Of a stretch of DNA of 64,000 nt, positions 38,283-47,895 are shown in pieces. Numbering within the stretch: position 1 is the stretch's first letter; the number at the start of each line of letters is the position of its first letter. Position numbers and translations under genes: made by a program. The DNA lies in assembly GCA_018992685.1 (NCBI GenBank), contig JACVGT010000013.1:32001-96000 (forward strand), in the 5' to 3' direction. The notes below the pieces were generated by a model that searched no databases, was not told the DNA's origin, and saw only the letters and a list, made by a program, of their open reading frames with translations. Origin of the DNA: Theionarchaea archaeon. Its GTDB lineage: Archaea > Methanobacteriota_B > Thermococci > Methanofastidiosales > SZ-28-30.

Positions 38283-39056
38283 GTGAGTGAAATGACTACC
38301 GAGCCGAGAGTACCCTCAGATAAGGAGACATCTCTGGAAACGTCTCTTGATGAGGTGGAATTCTCTTCTCCGTCCCATGAGAGGGATGGAATTTGTCTTG
38401 ATGAGCATCGTGCAGAAAACATTTGCTATGAAACAGGTGGCGGGAAGTACACCAGCAATTATGAAATGAGAACCTGGCTGGAGACTATACAAAACATAGT
38501 CGGAGCTAATGGATTGAAATCTATCTTGAACCATGCCCATTTGCAGCACTATCAATCCAATCTCCCTCCCAAAGATTATCAGTTCAGAATTCCACTGGAG
38601 GATGTAGCGAACCTCTTTGGTTCATTGAACACCCTGTTTGGAGAACGGGGAACTCGCAGTTTGCAGCTGCGGATCGGTCGAGAATTCACGCGTGTTACTA
38701 TTGACAACTACAATCCCGTGATGGCCAAGAGCCTCCAAATTGCCAGCCGATTGGTACCTGAAACCACCAAGATGCGCCTTGCTTTGCGAAAATTCAAGGA
38801 AGAGATGGAAAAGGGCCTGTCCTTGACAATAGAACTCACAGAAGAATCCGATTGGTTTCTGCTTAGCATCAAGGGAATCTTTGTCAGTGAGGGAATTACA
38901 TCAAAGACTCCTGTCTGCCACGCGTATGTAGGTATACTCGATTATCTCATTGAATGGATCACCGGCCATCCCCATGAGGTCAGAGAAATCCAATGCAGAG
39001 CCCAGGGGTTCTCTGCAGATGTATTCAGGATATCAAAAAACACTGAGGAAGAGTGA
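38283..39056 (+). CDS. V4R (4-vinyl-reductase) domain protein
   Basis: VGANGL.SIL, PVCH...G.L.....W.TG....V.E..C.A.G. Confidence 0.8.
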   Translation: MSEMTTEPRVPSDKETSLETSLDEVEFSSPSHERDGICLDEHRAENICYETGGGKYTSNYEMRTWLETIQNIVGANGLKSILNHAHLQHYQSNLPPKDYQFRIPLEDVANLFGSLNTLFGERGTRSLQLRIGREFTRVTIDNYNPVMAKSLQIASRLVPETTKMRLALRKFKEEMEKGLSLTIELTEESDWFLLSIKGIFVSEGITSKTPVCHAYVGILDYLIEWITGHPHEVREIQCRAQGFSADVFRISKNTEEE

Positions 39057-39114
39057 GGACACCAGCAGACAGAAGGTCTGCACGTGAAGCATGTATCGGG
39101 AGGGAGAGACACGT

Positions 39115-40434
39115 ATGTTGCGAAAATTGGGTGCAAACGAGCGGGTGGTTTGGCAGACTATCCAGGCAGGTTCGATAAACTTCATCGTTGTAGCCCATGT
39201 CTTGGGACACGTGGAGGAGGCAAACCTGCGAATAGTCCTGGATCTTCTTTCAAAGCGTCATCCCCTGCTGAGGACTCGTATTGACATTCGGGAAGGAGAA
39301 CCTTTCTTTACGTCGTTTGATGTTCCAGATATTCCTCTGAGAGTAGTAAGGAGAACCAGAAAGGCTCAATGGCAAGAAGAAGCAGAAACAGAAGTGAATA
39401 CGACACTCCCTTGGGCAACAGGGCCCTTGCTGCGAGTAGTGCTCCTTCAGGATGATGAATGTAGTGACATAATGATACGGTTTCATCATGTGGTGGGTGA
39501 CGGGAAGTCAGGTGTCTTCCTTGTGCACGACCTGATGAGGCTCTTGGGACGTGTTTCAAGCGGGGAGATCCCGCAGGTAGAGCTGATGCCAGAAAGACCT
39601 CCAGTGGAAGAACTCCTCCCTCGTGTCAATACCCTGGAAGAACTCGTGAAGAGTGCTGCCCTTGCCAGTAAACAACTATTCAACCTGGTCGTGAGGCACC
39701 CTCGGAAACTGCCTGTAGATAAGAACGCTTTCTTAGAACCACTTTCGACCCGTATCGTGCACTGCATCCTCTCGGAAGAAGACACAGGTGCTCTGGTGGA
39801 ACGATGCAGAACGGAATCAACATCGGTTCATGGGGCGATCTGTGCAGCTATGCTCACAGCAGTCCAAGAGCAGATCTGTGATTCTGAGCACGTAGATTCC
39901 ATCACCGTGAACTGCATGTCCCCGGTGGACCTCCGCCCATTTCTCAACCCCCCACTCGGAGAAGAATTGGGATTTTTCGCATCCATGGTAATTACAGCCC
40001 ACAAGTTCCACGACAACAGTACATTCTGGGATCTCGCTCGTAATGTTCGACATCAAGTGCAGAACTCTATCCAGAGTGGGGGTCCCTTTGTATTCATCTC
40101 TCTCCTGGACAAATTGACTCCTCGTGATGCTCAGCCCTCTGAATTTGCCAAAAGAGCCTCTGAAATTTACCCCGCACCTATCATGGTTACGAATCTACGG
40201 CACATTGCCATGCCACGAGAATATGGATCCCTGAACTTGGGAAAACTACACTTTGCAGTCTCAAACAAAGCAGTTCCTGATCTATTCAATGCAGCAGTGG
40301 CAACGTTCGCTGAAAGACTGGCCATCAATTTCTCCTATGTGGAACCTGTGGTATCCCCGGAGCGCGCACACGCCCTTGTTGAGGACACCATGGGAATACT
40401 CAATGCCCAGCTCCACTCAAAAAGCGTTGCCTGA
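39115..40434 (+). CDS. Stand-alone condensation-domain / PapA5-like acyltransferase
   Basis: RHPLLR, HHxxxDG (FHHVVGDG), PVDLR, FWDLAR. Confidence 0.85.
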   Translation: MLRKLGANERVVWQTIQAGSINFIVVAHVLGHVEEANLRIVLDLLSKRHPLLRTRIDIREGEPFFTSFDVPDIPLRVVRRTRKAQWQEEAETEVNTTLPWATGPLLRVVLLQDDECSDIMIRFHHVVGDGKSGVFLVHDLMRLLGRVSSGEIPQVELMPERPPVEELLPRVNTLEELVKSAALASKQLFNLVVRHPRKLPVDKNAFLEPLSTRIVHCILSEEDTGALVERCRTESTSVHGAICAAMLTAVQEQICDSEHVDSITVNCMSPVDLRPFLNPPLGEELGFFASMVITAHKFHDNSTFWDLARNVRHQVQNSIQSGGPFVFISLLDKLTPRDAQPSEFAKRASEIYPAPIMVTNLRHIAMPREYGSLNLGKLHFAVSNKAVPDLFNAAVATFAERLAINFSYVEPVVSPERAHALVEDTMGILNAQLHSKSVA

Positions 40435-40483
40435 AACAGTTGCCTCTCTCAAAACGGCCATCTCAAAAAGGAAGAAAAGGAGA

Positions 40484-40603
40484 TTATTCTTCATCCTTCT
40501 CCTGTTCAGAGCTTTGAGCCATCAGTTCTTCATAGACAACATATAAGACTCCAAGACAGGCGACAATTCCTAGGCAGAGCCAGAGTGTTACCCACCAGTA
40601 CAT
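40484..40603 (-). CDS. Unannotated 39-aa single-TM protein
   Basis: MYWWVTLWLCLGIVACLGVLYVVYEELMAQSSEQEKDEE; GGAGGTG SD; ATG directly follows the OPT stop codon. Confidence 0.7.
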   Translation of the reverse strand: MYWWVTLWLCLGIVACLGVLYVVYEELMAQSSEQEKDEE

Positions 40604-42454
40604 TTAGCCACCTCCCAATGCTGAAACCACAACATTGATGAGCACCATGACCAGCGGAGCCAGTGCAATCCCACCCAGAACCAATCCTGCCGCAAAGGGT
40701 TTCCCTTTTTCGTCCATCCACGCTGTTCCTTTCACTCGTTCCACGATTGCCCGGACTAAGCCTCCTATGAAGAACGTGCTGGTATACAGGGGGCCCACCA
40801 GTGCTCCAATACCCACAGCAGTCAACACGAAGGGCAGATTTCGCTTCTGCAAAAAGAACACTACAATCCCGATGAGAAGCCCAGCCAGTACAAAGAAGCC
40901 GTCAAAGACGAGACCCATCTGCCCTGTCGAGAAGGCAACAATACTCGTAGCCACACTCTGCATGTTGGCCATGGGGAGTGCAACTCCACCTACTCCATAG
41001 AAATGCCATATCAGGAACACGAAAGGAGTGGATATCAACCATCCAAAGCACCATCCAAGAAGCGCCCCGAGATACTGATGCTTGGGGTTCACGTCAAAGG
41101 CTTCACCCACTTTTAGTGCTTCCATTTGTCCTGCTGCAAACCGAGAACCCTGCAGACTTTCTGTGATGGCGAACCCGCTGAATCCGAGAACTCCCAAGGA
41201 GCTCAGTGCGAATTGCCTTATTGAATCTGTTATTCCAGCGAATTGAGACAGCCACACGATTCCTGCCTCTCCTGCTATCCTGGTGTCAATCAGAATTGCC
41301 AGCAAGAATAACCCCAGAAGAATGCACCCTACCAGCATCGCCTTTGACACACTCAGGGGAAATTCACTGACAAATCGATCAAAGGACAACACAGAGGCCA
41401 GCATCAGCACCGCTGCGGAGAAGACAATGAAGACAATCACTGTACTCTTAGACGGTTTCCACGTAACCCTGGACCCTGAAAGTAGTGGGGAAATTAGTTT
41501 CAATATGAGAGGAGCCAACCCCGCCGTTATCAGCAACCCTGCTGCAATTGATAGCCCATAGGGGTACCTGAAATCAGTCCACTGATTTGAAAAGAACGCG
41601 TAGCCCTTTATTGTACCCCTGCTCACCAGGAGTGCACTGAGAAACACATAGAAAGCCACAGCACTTCCGAACATATTGAATGTTGACCGGGCGGACATGA
41701 GCATTCCTAAGCCGATGAACCCCAGACTGATGATAACACAGAACAATGCCCCATGAAGGACTGATCCTACATAGGGTGTCAGGTCCAGCAGCCGGAAATG
41801 AGCGGAGATGTTCTTCAACCAGTCTGGAGCAATTCCCAGAGAGGAAGGATAATACACAAAGACAAAGTCCACCACAAACCCGATAATCATCCCATAGAAG
41901 AGGGAATCCAGCCTGTATTTCTCAAGGTGGAGCCCCTTGATGAACTGAACACCTGCCTGAGCCTCAGGGAAGGCAAGGTCTTCTTCCGTGATCAGACTGT
42001 TTCTCAGCCAGATAACCACCATCAGTGCGGCAATCCCTGATATAATGGCGACCGGCACCATCCAGGAAAGAGGTGTAATCCAGCTTTTGGAGAGTATGAC
42101 GCCTTCCTGCAGCACATTTCCATATAACGTCTTGTTGGGCAGAACCCAGTCAGGAATTCGCATTCCTGCAGACTCAGGAACCCCGTACGAAGAAATAAGA
42201 ACCCAGGCAAGAGGGAAGATGGAAAAGGCAAAAGCTGCAGCCTGGTGAACAGTGTAACTGATAACCGCCTCTTTGGATGAGGGGGGTGGTGCCTGGAACA
42301 AGGAAGCATAGGCGAATAATGCAGCTACAGAAATCATGGCCCCAGTAATCATGAGGCCAACAGTGAGCACCAGAAATGCATTTACCACCGCTACGAGGCT
42401 GCCGAAGACTAATCCGATAAGCAACGATCGAGCGGTAAAAGTTTTCTCTGTCAT
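40604..42454 (-). CDS. OPT/YSL-family oligopeptide transporter
   Basis: FTARSLLIGLVFG, L.FPEA.A, LKVG, FA.GLV.G; many TM segments; start inferred. Confidence 0.8.
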   Translation of the reverse strand: MTEKTFTARSLLIGLVFGSLVAVVNAFLVLTVGLMITGAMISVAALFAYASLFQAPPPSSKEAVISYTVHQAAAFAFSIFPLAWVLISSYGVPESAGMRIPDWVLPNKTLYGNVLQEGVILSKSWITPLSWMVPVAIISGIAALMVVIWLRNSLITEEDLAFPEAQAGVQFIKGLHLEKYRLDSLFYGMIIGFVVDFVFVYYPSSLGIAPDWLKNISAHFRLLDLTPYVGSVLHGALFCVIISLGFIGLGMLMSARSTFNMFGSAVAFYVFLSALLVSRGTIKGYAFFSNQWTDFRYPYGLSIAAGLLITAGLAPLILKLISPLLSGSRVTWKPSKSTVIVFIVFSAAVLMLASVLSFDRFVSEFPLSVSKAMLVGCILLGLFLLAILIDTRIAGEAGIVWLSQFAGITDSIRQFALSSLGVLGFSGFAITESLQGSRFAAGQMEALKVGEAFDVNPKHQYLGALLGWCFGWLISTPFVFLIWHFYGVGGVALPMANMQSVATSIVAFSTGQMGLVFDGFFVLAGLLIGIVVFFLQKRNLPFVLTAVGIGALVGPLYTSTFFIGGLVRAIVERVKGTAWMDEKGKPFAAGLVLGGIALAPLVMVLINVVVSALGGG

Positions 42455-42665
42455 CATCAAGAAAGACTTTGATAGTAATATAAATATTTCGGTGATCCGA
42501 TCCAGGGACTGTGTCATTCGTTTTGTGAAGCGCATATCCCAAGAGCAAGAGTAAATGAGCATAGAGAAATCATCTCTTTCCTATTTTGACCTTCATGCCA
42601 CTACTTCAGCACCTTCATCTTGGCGTGAGATTCTGCTTCGATCTTGGCTTCAATGATCTCCGGAA

Positions 42666-42803
42666 TTACCGATGGGTTCTTCTGAGGTTGTCAATGGGCT
42701 CCTCTTTCGTTTCGCCTCAAGAAGCATCTCTGACCAGAATGTATTCAGGGAAAACGACAGGGCACGCCTCTTGTTCAACTCCTGCAATGGCTTTGAATTT
42801 CAC
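42666..42803 (-). pseudogene. Probable decayed HicB-family antitoxin
   Basis: VKFKAI...VVFPEY...AS*GETKEEPIDNLR resembles HicB S(Q)GET.EEA..NL; in-frame TGA. Confidence 0.4.
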
Positions 42804-43038
42804 TGTGTGAGAGTAGTGATATGTCCGGTCCACCTTCTGGACTGCGGAAAGAACCTCTTGGTCAATCTTCATTATGCTATACCTGTTCCTTTTTGTGGGC
42901 AAAAAGGAAACTATCTATATATTGAATAAGGCAACAGAAAGAAAAGTGTAAGTGTTCCTTTTTCCAGTAATGCAATCTTTTCATATTTATAGAGGGGAAA
43001 GCAAAACCATATAAAGGATATGACACACAGAAAATGCA

Positions 43039-44433
43039 ATGCACCTGTACCTCATTCCTCCAGCTGTAGCCCTTGTGGGTAATGCAGCCATGGGATTCCA
43101 CCTGATGAGAAGAACCCCCAGTTCACGGGTGACCCGTGCATTTTCATTTCTCATATTGCTGCTCATGGGCTGGGCGTTCTCTGAAATCATGATGAGAAGC
43201 AGCCCCGATGAAGAGACTGCCCTTTTCTGGGGAAGAATCCTGTATCTGAATAGTTTCTTCCTGCCTTCGGCATTTGTTGTCCTGGCCTACGTGTATACCG
43301 GTGGCAGGAAACGTGTGTTCACTTTTCTGCCGTATTCCACCGGGTTCTTTTTCATTTGGTTCTTGTTCACCGATAACTTCCTGGTGGGAATGGAGGAAAT
43401 CCCTCCCTGGGGGTATGATGCGGTTGTTGGTCCTTTATTCACTCATTTCATTGGAGGATACTTGGGAGTCATAGCTGTAGGGACTCTGGTTCTGCTGCGC
43501 TACTACAAGAAGAGTTCTTTCACAGAAAAGCGGAGATTGCAGGCCATGCTGACCGGCTTCCTGCTTTCTCTTGTCCTGATCGCAATCACCAACTTGCTCT
43601 CCCGGATAAAAGATCTCCCACTTCCCCGTATGGGCTCCATGTTCACTCTCATAGCTACTCTGAGCTTTGCCTATGGAATTCTGAGATACCAGTTGCTCAT
43701 TGTGCCCACCCGGGAGAGAGCCAAGGAGACGCTGGATGCACGATGCGGAGCGCTCTGCACCTCGTGTGGCAGATACCTTGAAGGTGAGTGTCCCAGTTGC
43801 GAGCAGGGAGAAAGGGGGTTGAGGGAAAGCTGCCCTATCTATCAATGCTCCGTGCAAAAGGGTGTGCTGTGTGAAAGCTGTTCCCTCCTTCTTGGATGCG
43901 AGACCTACAAAACACACTCTGAACAATGTCCATTCAGGACAGATCAGTTTGGACTCAAAGCCAGAAACAGCTACCTGTGGGAAGATGCGGACCCTGATGT
44001 AGCTTTCCAAATATTTAAGGATTATACCATCAGAGGATCTTTCGGACTCCTCATTACCAGAGAGTATCCTGAAAAAGTGAGAGAGAAGTATGACCTTCCC
44101 CATGTGAGTGTACTGTGGCTGAGCCAACTCGAAGAACATGAAAAAGGGGTGGATCCCACCAATCTCCCACGGCTGACGCATACTGTAACCCAGTTTGTCA
44201 GACAGACTCCTCAGTCCTTTGTGCTGCTCACAGGGCTGGAGTATTTGGTGGTTCACAATGGATTTGAGAGAGTCCTCAAGCACGTGCACATGATCAATGA
44301 TCAGGTGATGACTCACAGCTCTCGGCTGCTCGTTGTTGTGGATCCCAAGACACTCGATCCAAAAGAACTAAGCCTTCTGCAGAGAGAATTGCGTTCTTTG
44401 AAGAAGGAAAACCTTTTTAAATATCCTGCATAA
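43039..44433 (+). CDS. 7TM sensor + Cys-rich DUF3795-like + DUF835 (inactive KaiC-like) protein
   Basis: 7 TM; CGALCTSC..CPSC..CPIYQC..CESC...C; LITREYP, WLS, DPTNL, GLEYL...NGF. Confidence 0.8.
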   Translation: MHLYLIPPAVALVGNAAMGFHLMRRTPSSRVTRAFSFLILLLMGWAFSEIMMRSSPDEETALFWGRILYLNSFFLPSAFVVLAYVYTGGRKRVFTFLPYSTGFFFIWFLFTDNFLVGMEEIPPWGYDAVVGPLFTHFIGGYLGVIAVGTLVLLRYYKKSSFTEKRRLQAMLTGFLLSLVLIAITNLLSRIKDLPLPRMGSMFTLIATLSFAYGILRYQLLIVPTRERAKETLDARCGALCTSCGRYLEGECPSCEQGERGLRESCPIYQCSVQKGVLCESCSLLLGCETYKTHSEQCPFRTDQFGLKARNSYLWEDADPDVAFQIFKDYTIRGSFGLLITREYPEKVREKYDLPHVSVLWLSQLEEHEKGVDPTNLPRLTHTVTQFVRQTPQSFVLLTGLEYLVVHNGFERVLKHVHMINDQVMTHSSRLLVVVDPKTLDPKELSLLQRELRSLKKENLFKYPA

Positions 44434-44436
44434 GAA

Positions 44437-45024
44437 ATGGTAATGGATCTCGTTGGAATAATTCCCACAGGGAAGGTCTGGGGTCTAATTCTAAGGGATT
44501 TGATACTTGATTCGAAGACATTGTTCGAAAAAGCTGGAAAAAAGCTAATGATAGACATATTGACAGAACGTCCGTGCCCTCTTCCCAGGCTAGCCTATGA
44601 CAAGGATTTGAGGAAGTATCGAGTAGAAGGGTTTTACCTGCAAGCCTTCGATCTGAAAAGTGAAGTCGAACGTCTTCATCAGCTATCCATTAACAAGGTT
44701 CTGGTGTTGACTGATGTAGACATCTGTGACCCACCGTATATGAACGGCTTTGGCTTTGCTGACACCGTCAATCGGATGTTTGCCATTGTTTCTATTTTCA
44801 AATTGGAAAAGGGTGCCAGTGAGAATATACTGAGAGATCGTCTGGTAAAAGAAGCAGCACACGAGCTGGGTCACACGTATGGGCTGGACCACTGTGCCAG
44901 GAGCAGGTGCCCTATGAGTGATTCACCATCAATCCTTGAGATAGACCAGAAAGACAAAGAATTTTGTCCACGGTGTACGGAGATGCTCTCAGACAGCGGG
45001 TATGGGAAGTACTGGGGTGCTTGA
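44437..45024 (+). CDS. amzA: Archaemetzincin Zn metalloprotease
   Basis: HELGHTYGLDHC....CPM...FCPRC. Confidence 0.88.
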   Translation: MVMDLVGIIPTGKVWGLILRDLILDSKTLFEKAGKKLMIDILTERPCPLPRLAYDKDLRKYRVEGFYLQAFDLKSEVERLHQLSINKVLVLTDVDICDPPYMNGFGFADTVNRMFAIVSIFKLEKGASENILRDRLVKEAAHELGHTYGLDHCARSRCPMSDSPSILEIDQKDKEFCPRCTEMLSDSGYGKYWGA

Positions 45025-45811
45025 GGTGATCTACTATTACCCAGGTGAAGCCTTCCCTGCAATTTCTGTCACCGGCAGGCACTGTGAGTTGATGTGTCCT
45101 CACTGCCGGGGACGATACTTGGAATCCATGGTTGAAGCCAGGACGGAGCAAGATCTTATCACTGTATGCAGGGATGTGGAAAATCAAGGTGGTTTGGGTT
45201 GCTTGATCTCGGGAGGATGTGACAGCAGGGGGAGAGTCCCTCTACCTCTACATGCCATCAAAAGGGTGAGAGAGGAAACTCGCCTCATACTGAATGTGCA
45301 CACAGGTCTTGTCCATCACCCCGTTGCAGCAGCGCTGCGGGAAATAAACCCCTACATTTCCTTTGAAATCCCGACAGAGGCTGTTCTGCATGAACTATAT
45401 CAGATCGAGGCTGAACAGGAAGACTACTTTCAATCTCTCTTGCTGCTCAGGGGGTTACGAGTGATCCCTCACATCATGGTGGGATTCAGGACAGAACAGG
45501 AGTCTGATACCATGTCCCGGGTGAAGGATATGGGATTTACCACCTTGGTTCTCATTGTGTTTACCCCCACTCGGGGAACACCGTTTGAGAATCACGTAGT
45601 TGAACCGCGTAGAATCAGAGAGAGTATTGAGAAGGCACGCTCGCTGTTTCCTCGCCTTCTTCTTGGATGCATGCGACCCCGGATAAAAGAGCTGGAGAAA
45701 TGTGCTCCTCTGTTTGATGGAGTTGTCGTGCCCACGCCTTGGGCAAAAGCAGCTGTGAAACAGGCTGGACTGCCTGTGAGGGTCATGAAAACCTGCTGCG
45801 TGGTAGAATGA
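45002..45811 (+). CDS. lipS1: Radical SAM lipoyl synthase subunit LipS1
   Basis: ISVTG..CELMCPHC, LISGG, GCMRP, C-terminal CC; start may be GTG 45017 or 45026. Confidence 0.82.
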   Translation: MGSTGVLEVIYYYPGEAFPAISVTGRHCELMCPHCRGRYLESMVEARTEQDLITVCRDVENQGGLGCLISGGCDSRGRVPLPLHAIKRVREETRLILNVHTGLVHHPVAAALREINPYISFEIPTEAVLHELYQIEAEQEDYFQSLLLLRGLRVIPHIMVGFRTEQESDTMSRVKDMGFTTLVLIVFTPTRGTPFENHVVEPRRIRESIEKARSLFPRLLLGCMRPRIKELEKCAPLFDGVVVPTPWAKAAVKQAGLPVRVMKTCCVVE

Positions 45812-46746
45812 AAACGATACGCGTTTCCCTGGGCTCTGCAGCCGCGTTGGGACTGAAAAAGGTCAGAGTAGATTGTCTGCCTACCACCATATACCTCATG
45901 ACCCCTGGGACGTGCAGGGCACGATGCCTGTTTTGCTCCCAGTGGACACAAAACGGCTATTTGTCCAGAGTCTACTGGCCCGAATTCGGCGTGAAGGATG
46001 TGCTATCCCATTTGGGAAAGAAAGATCAAAGGGTCTGCATCCAGTGCCTCAACTATGATGGTGTATTTGATGACATCCTGGAATTTGCAGTGCAATTGCA
46101 GAACAGAGTGAGTGCTATTTCTGTTTCTGCCCATCCTTTTTCTGAGGAAGAAATTCGCATCCTGCATCCCCTTGTGGATCGGGTTTCAATCAATATGGAC
46201 TGCGCAACACAAAATCTTTTCAGAAAGATCAAGCCATACTACTCGTGGGAGAACCATCTGTCATCCTTGCTACATGCGAGGCAGATCTTCGGTGCATTCA
46301 AGGCCGGTTCCCACTTGATTGTAGGGCTTGGTGAGACTGAAGAGGAAATAGGTCGAATGATGACCTGGCTGTACCGCCATGAGCTTTCGTGCTCTCTGTT
46401 TGCTTTTACTCCCCTGCCAGGTACTCCCCTTGAAAAAATGAAGAAACCAGATATCACCTACTACAGACGGGTACAAGCTGCCCACTATTTCATATATGAC
46501 AGACATGAAACGCTTCAATTTGAGAATGGACTCATCTCGAATCTTCTGGGTGACATTCTCCCGGATGCATTCGTCACCAGGGGGTGTCCTGGATGCAACA
46601 GACCATACTACACCGAAACTCCCCGCAGTGTGTATAATTTTCCGTGCGTCCCTGTCGGAAAGAAATGGGACCTGGTCGTGGCCCAGTTGAAAGGAGGAGA
46701 AAAAGGAAGCAGTGACAGCAGATCAACCCTGGAAAAGAGTGAATAA
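45808..46746 (+). CDS. lipS2: Radical SAM lipoyl synthase subunit LipS2
   Basis: CRARCLFC, LSRV.WP, HLIVGLGETE, TRGCPGCNRP. Confidence 0.82.
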   Translation: MKTIRVSLGSAAALGLKKVRVDCLPTTIYLMTPGTCRARCLFCSQWTQNGYLSRVYWPEFGVKDVLSHLGKKDQRVCIQCLNYDGVFDDILEFAVQLQNRVSAISVSAHPFSEEEIRILHPLVDRVSINMDCATQNLFRKIKPYYSWENHLSSLLHARQIFGAFKAGSHLIVGLGETEEEIGRMMTWLYRHELSCSLFAFTPLPGTPLEKMKKPDITYYRRVQAAHYFIYDRHETLQFENGLISNLLGDILPDAFVTRGCPGCNRPYYTETPRSVYNFPCVPVGKKWDLVVAQLKGGEKGSSDSRSTLEKSE

Positions 46747-46767
46747 TCTCCGTCTCGCCTGCTATGT

Positions 46768-47790
46768 TCATGTTGCTGCATCAAATATCTGGTTTAGATC
46801 AACATGCCTTCGTACAAGTTCCTTGACCAGGGGTGCTCTGTGAGGTCGCAGCTCGGCCACCGTCTGCTCACACCTGTAGGCTGTGGTCATGGTGTCATAA
46901 GGAACCATCACAACAGGGACATGCAGCTCATCTGCCTTTGTCAGAACATCTATAGAAGGATAGCTGCTCCCCGTAAGTACCAGGAGGCTGCTTCCGAAAT
47001 CGAGGGCAAGAAGTTGCATGTCCGCCCTGTCACCTCCTGTCACCATGATAGTCTTCTGAGGAAATCCCATCTGCTGCAACGTTCTTTGAGCTGTGTCATA
47101 CGTCATGGCCCCCACCACTGTGACACCCACCATGTTATTTAGGCCTTCTTCTCCTGCAAGAAGCTCTCCGTCCAAAGCATCCAGAACGTCTTCGGATGTG
47201 GGAGTCTTGAGTTCTTCATCCTCCGGAATTATTCCCAAAAGATCGATTCCCCGTTCTTCCAGTCGTGACTGAAGGTCATCTTCTAGTGATGAAGCTTTGT
47301 TGATCACCACTCCCAGCATTACAGCCTCTTTCACAGCAAAACACCGCCCTGCCATAACGCTCTTGTCGATTATCTTTTCAGAGGTACCTTCTGTTATGAG
47401 CAATGCTGGTACCCCCAGTTGTGAGCCAATCTGGGGAGCGCTCAATCCAGTATAGGAACCGTATGAGAGTGTGTGAGCAGTCTCAATGATGGTGAAATCC
47501 TTTCCTTCCGAGAGCTCTTGATATCGTTGCGTCAACAAGGGAGTGAGATCTGTCTGTGCCTCAAGATCGTGCATAATCCTGTGATAGTCCTTCGACAAGT
47601 TGAAAGACTCAACATCCTCCGCCAAGCCGAATACTTCTGTGAATAAGAGAACATCTCTATCCTGCCCGTGGTCAAGGTTTGTCCCCAGTGGCTTGAAAAA
47701 CCCCACGTTCCCTGGATAATTGAGACCAATTCCCAGACCCACCATGGTCTTGCCGGCATTTTTGCTGGTCGAAGTAATCAGCAAGCTCAT
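46768..47790 (-). CDS. DRTGG-domain protein (BioD-like phosphotransacetylase N-terminal family)
   Basis: AGKT, FFKP.G, VGAM, TGGDRADMQ, VPYDT. Confidence 0.88.
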   Translation of the reverse strand: MSLLITSTSKNAGKTMVGLGIGLNYPGNVGFFKPLGTNLDHGQDRDVLLFTEVFGLAEDVESFNLSKDYHRIMHDLEAQTDLTPLLTQRYQELSEGKDFTIIETAHTLSYGSYTGLSAPQIGSQLGVPALLITEGTSEKIIDKSVMAGRCFAVKEAVMLGVVINKASSLEDDLQSRLEERGIDLLGIIPEDEELKTPTSEDVLDALDGELLAGEEGLNNMVGVTVVGAMTYDTAQRTLQQMGFPQKTIMVTGGDRADMQLLALDFGSSLLVLTGSSYPSIDVLTKADELHVPVVMVPYDTMTTAYRCEQTVAELRPHRAPLVKELVRRHVDLNQIFDAAT

Positions 47791-47895
47791 GAACTTTCTT
47801 CCTTTCCACGCTATAAATAGGTTTGGTTCTCATTAACTTGCATAGAAATAGTAGTTTAATCGGAATCAAAATACAAAAAAGAGAGAAAAGATAGA

